Notes under the pieces: model-generated
The model's database searches: none
Seen by the model: only the letters and a program-made list of their open reading frames with translations
What the model was told of the DNA's origin: nothing
Source of the DNA: an uncultured Actinomycetes bacterium
GTDB lineage: Bacteria > Actinomycetota > Thermoleophilia > Gaiellales > Gaiellaceae
DNA length: 64,000 nt
Reading direction: 5' to 3'
Assembly: GCA_963748205.1 (NCBI GenBank)
Contig: CAVVIB010000014.1
Location: forward strand, 24,262 to 88,261
Made by a program: the position numbers and the translations under genes
In this document: positions 9,352-18,621 of the stretch, piece by piece
Layout: each line of letters begins with the position of its first letter
How positions within the stretch are numbered: position 1 is the first letter of the stretch

Positions 9352-10169
9352 TGAAGCGCATCACGCTGCTACCGACGGCAGCCGCGCTTGGTTCGGCCCT
9401 TCTCCTCGCCGCCGCGTGCGGCGGCGGGGAGAACTCGGCCGCCACGGAGCCGGCAGCCCCCACCGACGACACCACGACAGCGCCCGCCACGACCGGGGGC
9501 GACACCACCACAGGCACGGCGCAGGCCGCAGCCACGAGCGTCGACCCGCGCCAGGGCGGCTTCGAGATCGCCCTCGGCGAATGGGCCCTGACGCCCGAGG
9601 CCGAGTCCATCCGCCCGGGTCGCACGACCTTCGTGATCACGAACCGCGGCAAGGTGCCGCACGGGTTCGAGATCGAGCGGGAGGACGGCGACGATTCGAG
9701 CGGCAGTGGGTCGGGCGACGATCGCGACAAGGTCGAGACCCGCGTCCTGCAGCCGGGCGAGAGCGTCAACGTCGAGCTCAACCTCAGCGAGGGCGTCTAC
9801 AAGCTCGAATGCAACGTCGACGGACACGACGACATGGGCATGGAGATGCTCTTCGAGGTGAAGAAGGGCGCGCCGCTGGCGAAGAAGAAGGCGGCTCCCG
9901 CGGCGCCGCAGGCCGGCAACGCGGTTGCGGCCGACATCCGCGGGTTCGTCTTCGAGCCGGCGACCATCCAGGCCAAGGTCGGCCAGAAGGTCACGTGGAC
10001 GAACCACGACCCGGCCCCGCACACCGTCACCCAGGAGGGCGGCGGGTTCGACTCGGGGACGATGGCCGCCAACCGCGAGTTCACGCACACCTTCGACCAG
10101 CCGGGGGAGTACCGCTACATCTGCGCGCTGCACCCCGGCATGAAGGGAACCGTGGTCGTCACCGGCTGA
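9351..10169 (+). CDS. two-domain cupredoxin (blue copper) lipoprotein
   Basis: Lipobox LLAAAC. Domain 1 ligands are H (VPHGFEI) and C-x4-H-x4-M (ECNVDGHDDMGM). Domain 2 ligands are H (PAPHTVT) and C-x2-H-x2-M (ICALHPGM). TGATG overlap with the upstream gene. Confidence 0.8.
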   Translation: MKRITLLPTAAALGSALLLAAACGGGENSAATEPAAPTDDTTTAPATTGGDTTTGTAQAAATSVDPRQGGFEIALGEWALTPEAESIRPGRTTFVITNRGKVPHGFEIEREDGDDSSGSGSGDDRDKVETRVLQPGESVNVELNLSEGVYKLECNVDGHDDMGMEMLFEVKKGAPLAKKKAAPAAPQAGNAVAADIRGFVFEPATIQAKVGQKVTWTNHDPAPHTVTQEGGGFDSGTMAANREFTHTFDQPGEYRYICALHPGMKGTVVVTG

Positions 10170-10198
10170 GTCCCTGCCTCTCCTCAGCCCGGACGGAT

Positions 10199-10233
10199 CG
10201 ACGGCCGCCTGCGGGCGGCCGTCGGTTGTTCTC
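10199..10233 (+). terminator. rho-independent-type terminator after the cupredoxin operon
   Basis: Perfect 11 bp stem CGACGGCCGCC / GGCGGCCGTCG with a TGCG loop, followed by GTTGTTCTC. Confidence 0.55.
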
Positions 10234-10304
10234 GACAGGCCACGCCAGACCGACTACAACTCACCGTTGGAGGTGCGCGGAGACCTGACATCACTCCAGC
10301 GTCC

Positions 10305-13300
10305 GTGAAACCGCACGAGGCGAAGGCCGCGCTGATCGACAAGACCGTCGAGCACGCGCGCGCCAAGCTCCCGCCGGAGCAGGCCGCACGGCTCGAGGCG
10401 CTGATCCGCATCTTCTACGGCGCGGTCGCTCCGGAGGATCTGCTCGCCCGCGACGCGTCCGACCTGTACGGCGCCGCGCTCTCCCAGCTCAACTTCGCCT
10501 CCCGGCGCGAGCCCGGCGAGGCCAAGGTCCGCGTCTATTCCCCGCAGCTCGAGGAGCACGGCTGGAGCTCGGACCACACCGTCGTGGAGATCGTCAACGA
10601 CGACATGCCGTTCCTCGTCGACTCGGTGAGCCTGGAGCTCAACCGGCTCGGGAGCGGCGTTCACCTGATCATCCACCCGGTCGTCCGCGTGCGCCGCGAC
10701 GAGAGCGGCGCCCTCCTCGACGTCCTGCCCTTCGACACCCCGGCCGAGGACGCGCAACTCGAGTCGTTCCTCCACGCGGAGGTCGTGCGCGAGACCGAGC
10801 CGGAGCACATCGACCGGCTCCGCGCTGGGCTCGAGCGCGTGCTGGAGGACGTGCGGGCCGCCGTCGAGGACTGGCCGGACATGGTCGAGCGGGGGCGAGA
10901 GGTGATCGCCGACCTGGAGCGCGTCCCGCCGACCGTGGACCCGGAGGAGCTCGCCGAGAGCAAGGCGCTCCTCGAGTGGATCGTCGACAACCACTTCACG
11001 TTCCTCGGCTACCGCGAGTACGACCTCGTCTCCGAGGACGGCGAGTACTTCCTGCGACGCGTGCCCGAGACGGGTCTCGGCATCCTCCGCGACGACGGCG
11101 ACGAAGCGGCCGACAGCGGGGTCAAGCTCGCGCCGGAGGCCGTCACCCTCGCACGCGCGAAGGACCCGCTCGTCCTCACGAAGGCGAACTCGCGCGCGAC
11201 CGTTCACCGGCCTTCGTACCTCGACTACGTCGGCGTGAAGAAGTTCGACGAGTCGGGCGAGGTCGTCGGGGAGCGGCGGTTCCTCGGCCTCTACACGTCG
11301 ACCGCCTATAGCGCGAGCCCGCACGACATCCCGGTCCTGCGCCGCAAGGTCCGCAAGGTCCGCGAGCGCTCGGGCCTCCCGCCCGGAAGCCACGACGACA
11401 AGGCGCTGCTCGAGGTGCTCGAGTCGCTCCCCCGCGACGAGCTCTTCCAGATCTCCGACGACGACCTCTTCGAGATCGCCATGGGCATCGTGCGGCTCGG
11501 CGAGCGTCAGCAGGTCAGGCTCTTCGTCCGCAGGGACACGTACGGGCGCTTCCTCTCGTGCCTCGTCTACGTGCCGCGTGAGCGATTCAACACGCAGGTG
11601 CGAGAGAAGATCGAGGACATCCTGCAGGAGTCGTTCGAGGGCGTCAGCGCGGACTACACCGTGCGCCTCTCGGAGTCCGTCCTCGCGCGGATGCACTTCG
11701 TCATCTACACGCGCCCGGATGCGACGCGCGAGTACGACCACCAGGAGATCGAAGCGCGGATCGTCGAGGCGACGCGAACGTGGGTCGACGACTTCGGCGA
11801 CGCGCTCGTCGAGCACCTTGGCGAGGAGCGCGGCACTGAGCTCTACGCCCTCTACCGCGACGCGTTCCCCGCGGCGTACCGCGACGACTTCACCCCGGAC
11901 GCCGCGGTCCTCGACGTCGAGCGCCTGGAGCGGCTCGACCCGGAGGGCGACCTGGCCTTGACGCTCTACCGCCCACTGGAGGCCGAGCCGGACTTCTTCG
12001 TTCTCAAGCTGCTGCGCTCCGGACAGCCGATCCTGCTCTCCGACGTCCTCCCTCTCCTCGAGGACATGGGCGTGAAGGTCTTCGACGAGCGCCCGTACGA
12101 GGTCGACCGCGCGGGCCCCGAGGACGCCTGGATCTACGACTTCGGTCTGACCCACGCCGACGGCGCGCTCGACCTCGAGCAGGTCGGCGAGTCGTTCAAG
12201 GACGCATTCGCGCAGGCGTGGCGCAGCGAGATCGAGGTGGACGGGTTCAACCGGCTCGTGCTCAGCGCCGGCCTGACATGGCGGGAGATCGCGATGCTCC
12301 GCGCCCTGGCCAAGTACCTGCGGCAGGCCGGCAGCACCTTCAGCCAGGCCTACATGGAGGAGACCCTGGCCGCGAACCCGGAGATCGTGCGCAAGCTCGT
12401 CGAGCTCTTCAGGGTCAGGTTCGATCCCGCGCGCGCCGAGGGGCGCGAGGCCGAGGAGGGACAGATCGCGAAGAAGATCGAGAAGGCCATCGACGCCGTG
12501 GCGAGCCTCGACGACGACCGCATCCTGCGCAGCTTCCTGCGGCTCGTCCAGGCGACGCTGCGGACGAACTACTTCCAGGACAGAGGCGACGGCCAGCCCA
12601 AGCCCTACCTCTCGTTCAAGTTCGACCCCTCGCTCGTCCCCGACCTCCCCCTGCCGCGGCCGATGTACGAGATCTGGGTCTACTCGCCGCGGACGGAGGG
12701 CGTGCACCTGCGCGGCGGGAAGGTCGCCCGCGGAGGGATCCGCTGGTCGGATCGGCGCGAGGACTTCCGCACCGAGATCCTCGGCCTCATGAAGGCGCAG
12801 ATGGTCAAGAACGCGGTCATCGTCCCCGTGGGCGCGAAGGGAGGCTTCGTCGTCAAGCGGCCGCCTGCCGAGCGCGAGGCGCTCCGCGAGGAGGTCGTCG
12901 CCTGCTACCGCACGCTCATTCAGGGCATGCTCGACCTCACGGACAACCTCTCCGGCGGCGAGACCGTGCCGCCGCCCGACGTTGTCCGCTACGACGACGA
13001 CGACCCGTACCTCGTGGTCGCGGCCGACAAGGGCACGGCGACCTTCTCAGACCTCGCGAACACGGTGGCCGCCGAGTACGACTTCTGGCTCGGAGACGCC
13101 TTCGCGTCGGGCGGCTCGGCGGGCTACGACCACAAGGCGATGGGGATCACCGCGCGCGGCGCCTGGGAGTCGGTCAAGCGCCACTTCCGCGAGCTCGGCG
13201 TCGACGTCGAGACGACCGAGGTCACGGCGGTCGGGATCGGCGACATGGCGGGCGACGTCTTCGGCAACGGCATGCTGCTTTCGCGCCACCTCAAGCTCGT

Positions 13301-15210
13301 GGCCGCGTTCAACCACGAGCACGTCTTCCTCGATCCCGACCCGGACCCGGAGGCGAGCTACCGGGAGCGCGAGCGCCTCTTCAACCTGCCGCGGTCGAGC
13401 TGGGCCGACTACGACACGAGCGTGATCTCGCCCGGCGGCGGAGTCTTCCCGCGGTCGGCCAAGTCGATCCCGCTCACCCCGGAGGTGCGGCGACGCCTGG
13501 GCGTCGAGGAGGAGGCGCTGCGGCCGAACGAGCTCATCCGCGCGATCCTCCGGGCCGAGGTCGACCTGCTCTGGAACGGCGGCATCGGGACGTTCGTCAA
13601 GGCCTCGTCCGAGTCGCATCTCGACGTCGGCGACAAGGCGAACGACGGGTTGCGCGTGGACGGCAAGGACCTCCGCGCGCGCGTCGTCGGCGAGGGCGGC
13701 AACCTGGGCCTCACCCAGCGCGGCCGCGTCGAGTACGCGCTCCAGGGCGGGCGGATCTACACGGACGCGATCGACAACTCAGCCGGGGTCGACTGCTCCG
13801 ACCACGAGGTCAACATCAAGATCCTGCTCGGCCGCGTGGTCGCGGACGGCGACATGACCGAGAAGCAGCGGAACGAGCTGCTCGCCGAGATGACCGACGA
13901 CGTCTCCCGCCTCGTCCTGCGCAACAACTACCGCCAGACGCAGGCGATCAGCCTCGCCGTCAGCCAGGCGTCGTCGATGCTCGGCGTCCACGCGCGCCAG
14001 ATCCAGCACCTGGACCAGACCGGCCGGCTGAACCGGGAGCTGGCGGCGCTGCCGACCGACGAGGTGATCGCCGAGCGGCGGGCCGCGCGGGGCGGCCTCG
14101 TCTCGCCCGAGCTCTCGGTGCTGCTCGCCTACGCCAAGATCGAGCTGTTCGACGCCCTCGTCGCCTCCGACCTGCCGGAGGACGCGTACATGTCGACCGA
14201 GCTCGTCCGCTACTTCCCACGCTTGCTCTCCGAACGCTTCGGCGACCGGATGGACGAGCACCGCCTGCGGCGAGAGCTGATCGCCACCTACGTGACGAAC
14301 AGTCTCGTCAACCGCGCGGGGATCACGTTCGCGTTCCGGCTCGCCGAGGAGACGGGCGCGGACCCGGCGGACATCGGCCGCGCCTACGTGGTCGCGCGCG
14401 AGGTCTTCGATCTGCGGGCGATCTGGACGGCGATCGAGGAGCTCGACGACTCCATCCCGGCCGACGTGCAACTGGCCATGCTGCTCGACGGCCGCAAGCT
14501 CGTCGAGCGCGCCGCGCGCTGGCTCCTCCGCAGCCGCCCGCGCCCGATCGAGATCGAGGAGGAGATCGCGTACTTCGCGCCCGGTGCCGCGCTTCTCGCC
14601 GAGGCGCTGCCGCGCCTGCTGCTCGGCGCCGATCGCTCCGCGGTCGAGCGGAAGACGGCGGAGTACGTGAAGGGCGGCGCGCCGAAGGAGCTCGCGGCCA
14701 GGGTCGCCGGCCTGCGGGATGATGTTCTCCGCGCTCGACATCGTCGAGGCGGCGACGGCCGCCGGCGAGCCGACCGAGGAGGTCGCGGCGGTCTTCCACG
14801 GTGTCGGCGCGCGGCTCCAGCTCCAGTGGCTCCGCGACGCCATCACCGCGCTCCCGCGCGACAACCGCTGGCAGACACTCGCCCGCGCGGCGCTCAGGGA
14901 CGAGTTCTTCAGCATCCACGGCGCGCTCACGCGCGAGGCGCTCCAGGCCGCGCCGCCGGGCCTCCCGGCCGAGGCCCGGGTCGACGCCTGGCAGGCGGCC
15001 CGCGCGGCAGGCGTCGAGCGTGCACTCCAGGTCGTGAGCGACATCCGCATGGGCGAGCTGGCCAGCCTCGAGACGCTGTCGGTCGCCCTGCGCGAGGTGC
15101 GCAACCTCATCCAGTCTGCGGGCCGGCTCGCACCGCCCCTCCCCGAGTTCCCGCCGGACGAGCCGCCCTCGCGGCCGCATCCGCCCGAGTCCCTCAGCCT
15201 CGGAAGATAA
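10305..15210 (+). pseudogene. gdh: large (about 180 kDa) NAD-specific glutamate dehydrogenase; one frame break near the 3' end
   Basis: The long ORF from 10305 has typical Bac_GDH family sequence throughout. After ...KELAARVAGL (about 14716, next to a GGG run) the frame becomes Arg-rich nonsense. The conserved C-terminus MMFSALDIVEAATAAGEP...RDEFFSIHGALTREAL continues in ORF 14719..15210. Confidence 0.9.
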
Positions 15211-15260
15211 CTCGGCGCCCCGCCGTCCGGTGGGCATCGAACCGAGTGGAGGTCACCCTC

Positions 15261-15515
15261 ATGGAGTCGAAGTCGCAGGAGCCGTTCAACCTTCCCGCCG
15301 GCAGCGTCCGTGCCTTCCTGACCACACTGCTCGTCGGGATCACCGCCGCCGTCATGTTCCTCCCGATTCCCAACGGCAAGGACGACGTCAAGGCGATGTT
15401 CGTCCTCCTCACGGGGATCGCCGTTCGGGACTACTTCTCGTCCCGGGACCGCCAGGCCGAGCGCGAGCGCGCGCAGGACGCTCCGAGCGCCCCCTCGACC
15501 GAAGTCGCCGCGTAG
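15261..15515 (+). CDS. small membrane protein, unknown function
   Basis: 84 aa with GGAGG 8 nt upstream of ATG 15261. Two predicted TM helices (AFLTTLLVGITAAVMFLPI, AMFVLLTGIAV). It lies in the tail of the artefactual 10305..15515 ORF. Confidence 0.5.
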   Translation: MESKSQEPFNLPAGSVRAFLTTLLVGITAAVMFLPIPNGKDDVKAMFVLLTGIAVRDYFSSRDRQAERERAQDAPSAPSTEVAA

Positions 15516-15522
15516 CGCCGTG

Positions 15523-16570
15523 TCAGGCGACGCGCTCGAGGGCGGGCGATGCCAGGTCGCGCTCGAGCAGGTCGAGCACGGCCTCCTCGATGGCGCCCTG
15601 CGTCGCCGGCTCCCCGAAGGTCACCTCGCCGAGCTTCTCGAGCGCGCCGCCGATCGTGAGCCCATCACGGAAGCGGTCGAAGACCCGCGGGTCGATGTAC
15701 GAGCCGCGGGCGACGGCAGGCGTGTTCCCGAGGTAGTGGGCCACCTCCTTCACGGCGCGGGTGATCGCGCGCGTCCGCCCCGTCTTCGAGCCGTGCGCGG
15801 CGCCCGAGACGGCGAGGGCGACGGCGGCGAGCACGGTGGCGTTCCACGTGCGGAAGTCCTTGGCCGAGAAGCCGTCTTCGGTGACCTCCTTGATGTACGC
15901 GTTGATGTCGTCGGAGGTGACGTCCACCCAGCCGCGCCCTTCCTTGTACGCGAGGAGCTCCGTGCCGGAGCGGCGGCGCATGAGCGCGTCCACGACCTTG
16001 AAGACGTCGCGGTCTACGACCGATTGGACACGCCGCTTGCCGCCCTTGGAGGGGTAGTCGAAGCGGATGAGGTCGTCGCCGCCGAGCGTTACGTGGCCGC
16101 GGCGAATCGTGGCGAGCCCGAACGTCTTGTTCGCCTCTGCGTAGTCCTCGGTGCCGATGCGGAAGAAGCCGCGATCGAGCAGCCGCACGGCGCACGCGAG
16201 GACGCGCTCACGGACGAGCTCCCGCTTGCGCAGGTCGCGCGCCGCAGCCTCCCGGAGTTTCGGGAGCGCGCGGGCGAAGCGCTCCATCTCCTCGAACTTC
16301 TCCCGGTCGCGCCGCCGGCGCCAGTCGACGTGGTAGAGGTACTGGCGGCGCCCGGCGGCGTCGGTGCCCACGGCCTGGATGTGGCCGTTGGGGTACGGGC
16401 AGATCCAGACGTCCGTCCACGCCGGCGGGATGACGAGCGCGCGGATGCGCTCGAGGATGCCGGGGTCGGTCACGCGCTCCCCCGCCTCGTCGATGTACTC
16501 GAACCCGCGCCCGCGGCCCCGGCGCGCGAGGCCCGGGGCCCGAGGAATCCGCTCGTCGCAGGCGCGCCAT
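15523..16570 (-). pseudogene. bacterial DNA topoisomerase IB (poxvirus-like type); N-terminal frame break
   Basis: Main ORF 15523..16593 reads GRGFEYIDEAGERVTDPGILERIRALVIPPAWTDVWICPYPNGHIQAVGTDAAGRRQYLYH...SAKDFRTWNATV...HYLGNTPAVARGSYIDPRV. The canonical N-terminus MARLRRADSSGPG is in another frame, starting at ATG 16570 (ORF 16208..16570). The shift is near 16530-16540 in a G/C run. Confidence 0.85.
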
Positions 16571-16706
16571 GAGCCTTCTCTTGCCCGCCGCACCGGCGCG
16601 AGGAACCTACCTAGCCTAAGGAACAGACAAGCGGACGTGATCTTGTGGCCTCACGGATCGGCGGCTACCCTCAGGACTTCCTCAGCGGCTAGGAAGGAGC
16701 CTTTCT

Positions 16707-18488
16707 GTGCGTGATCGACTGTCCCTGCGTGGTTTCGTGTTTCTCGTGCTCGGCCTCTTCGTCGTGGCGGCGCCCGCTACGGCCGGAGCAGCCGTGGAAT
16801 CGTGTGCGTACAACCCCACGACAAAGGCCGTCACCGCGACGATCACGACGGGCGGCTCCGCGACGTTGAAGGTGAACGCGGCCGGCCAGCTCCTCTTCGG
16901 CCAGGTCGCCGCACCGTGCGCCGGCGCGACGAGCACGAACACCGACTCGGTGTCGGTGAGCGGCTCCGTCGGCTCCAACGAGACCCTCACGCTGGACATG
17001 TCCGAGGCCTTCTTCGGGCCCGGCTTCTCCTCCGAGTTCAACATCCCGGAGATCGAGATGGCCCTGGCGCTCGGCGATCTCACCGACACGCTCGTCATCA
17101 TCGGCTCCAACGCCAACGACCTGATCGCCGCCGGCCAGAACGGCGTGGCGATCGACTCGGACGGCGACCTCGACATCACCCTTTCGCCGGGTCAGCACGT
17201 GATCGAGGTCCACGGCCTCGGCGGCGACGACCTGCTCAACATGCGCGGGCAGGGCGGCGCGGGCCTCGCCTATCTCGGTCCGGTGCGGGTCTACGGCGAG
17301 CAGGGGAACGACGAGCTCATCGCCAGCCACAAGTCCGACTTCGTCTACGGCGGCGAGGGCAACGACATCATCTTCTTGCACCAGCTGAACGACTACGCCG
17401 AGGGCGGCCCGGGCAACGACTCGATCACGGGCGGCGAGGGCAACGACGAGATCCACGGCGGCCCGGGCGCGGACACGTTCAACGCGGGCGCGGGGAACGA
17501 CACGATCTTCGCGGACGACGGCGAGGCCGACACGCAGCTCCACGGCGGCGCGGACGTCGACACGGCGTACTACGACGCGAACCTCGATCCTGCCACGATC
17601 GCGGTCGAGAACAAGTTCGCGGATCCGGGCCCGCCGCCTCCGCCTCCTCCGCCCGGCGGCGCCTGCTCGTACAACTCGACCACCAAGACGGTGACAGCGG
17701 CCATTCCAGCCGGCACAGGCGCGACGCTCGCGGTGGTCGGCGGCGCGATCCACTTCGGGGCATCGCCGACGGCCTGCGGCACGGCGACGAACGCGAACAC
17801 GGACACGATCAACATCACGGGCGCGGCGGGCTCCGTCGAGACGCTCACGATCGACCAGACCGGCGGCGGCCTCGCTCCCGGCGGCACCGCCGAGACGACC
17901 GGCACGTCCGAGATCGAGCTCGCGGTCAACCTGGGTGACGCATCCGACGTCGTCGTCATCAAGGGCCGCACGCTCGCGGACACGCTCGCAGTCGGCACCA
18001 AGGGCGTCTCGCTCAACAACGACGCCGACGTCGACGTCACCTTCACCCCGCTGCCCAGCTCGATCGAGCTCGTCGGCGGCGGCGGCGGCGACGTCCTCTC
18101 GGGCCGCGGCGGCTTCGGCGCCGGCCAGGTGTTCCCCGGGCGCGTGACCCTGCGCGCCGGAGACGGCGGCGACTCGCTCAGCGGCGGCGACCTCGACGAC
18201 GTGCTCGTCGGCGGCGCCGGGGCGGACACGATCACGGGCGGGCTCGGCAACGACCAGCTCGACGGTCAGGGCGGCAATGACAGCCTGAGCGGGAACGACG
18301 GCAATGACACGATCATCGGCGGCACCGGCGCGGACTCCCTCATCGGAGCGGGCGGGAACGACACGCTCGACGCCCGCGACGGCGCTGCGGACACCCAGAT
18401 CAGCGGTGCGGCCGGCATCGACACCGCCTTCACCGATGCAGGGCTGGATCCCTCGCCGGTGGGCGTCGAGAACCACTTCCCGGCGTAA
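16707..18488 (+). CDS. secreted modular calcium-binding (RTX / hemolysin-type repeat) protein, two modules
   Basis: SD AGGAAGGAG precedes GTG 16707. Sec signal, then two roughly 285 aa modules each starting C-x-Y-N..T-K-x-V-T-A and containing GGxGxD nonapeptide runs (GGEGNDIIF, GGPGNDSIT, GGEGNDEIH, GGPGADTF). A Pro8 linker at about 17631..17654 separates the modules. Confidence 0.85.
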   Translation: MRDRLSLRGFVFLVLGLFVVAAPATAGAAVESCAYNPTTKAVTATITTGGSATLKVNAAGQLLFGQVAAPCAGATSTNTDSVSVSGSVGSNETLTLDMSEAFFGPGFSSEFNIPEIEMALALGDLTDTLVIIGSNANDLIAAGQNGVAIDSDGDLDITLSPGQHVIEVHGLGGDDLLNMRGQGGAGLAYLGPVRVYGEQGNDELIASHKSDFVYGGEGNDIIFLHQLNDYAEGGPGNDSITGGEGNDEIHGGPGADTFNAGAGNDTIFADDGEADTQLHGGADVDTAYYDANLDPATIAVENKFADPGPPPPPPPPGGACSYNSTTKTVTAAIPAGTGATLAVVGGAIHFGASPTACGTATNANTDTINITGAAGSVETLTIDQTGGGLAPGGTAETTGTSEIELAVNLGDASDVVVIKGRTLADTLAVGTKGVSLNNDADVDVTFTPLPSSIELVGGGGGDVLSGRGGFGAGQVFPGRVTLRAGDGGDSLSGGDLDDVLVGGAGADTITGGLGNDQLDGQGGNDSLSGNDGNDTIIGGTGADSLIGAGGNDTLDARDGAADTQISGAAGIDTAFTDAGLDPSPVGVENHFPA

Positions 18489-18496
18489 CGGACTTC

Positions 18497-18527
18497 CTCG
18501 AGGGGAGGCCGTCGGCCTCCCCTCGAG
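18497..18527 (+). terminator. strong hairpin after the first RTX-like gene
   Basis: Perfect 14 bp stem CTCGAGGGGAGGCC / GGCCTCCCCTCGAG with a GTC loop, 9 nt after the stop. There is no clear T-tract. Confidence 0.5.
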
Positions 18528-18621
18528 ACCTACTTCCTGCGCTAGATACGCCGCGTACTAGACCTTTGACCGGACCGGCGATCCGCGGGTTGCCCCGTGT
18601 CGTACCCAGGGATACTGTCCG

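Noticed and set aside
10254-12707. Very long antisense ORFs opposite real genes. Examples are 10254..12707(-), 4314..6143(+), 16689..18476(-), 18430..21192(-), 45490..48276(-), 48741..52274(+) and 62169..63980(-).
   Set aside because: Their translations are Arg/Ala/Gly/Pro/Asp-rich with no motifs, while the opposite strand carries unmistakable conserved proteins. These are the typical shadow ORFs of 70% GC DNA.
14716-14722. Programmed ribosomal frameshifting as the explanation for the frame breaks in gdh and the other genes.
   Set aside because: There is no slippery heptamer or downstream structure. There are many unrelated genes affected, and most of the breaks lie at short homopolymers. 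Sequencing error is the more economical explanation.
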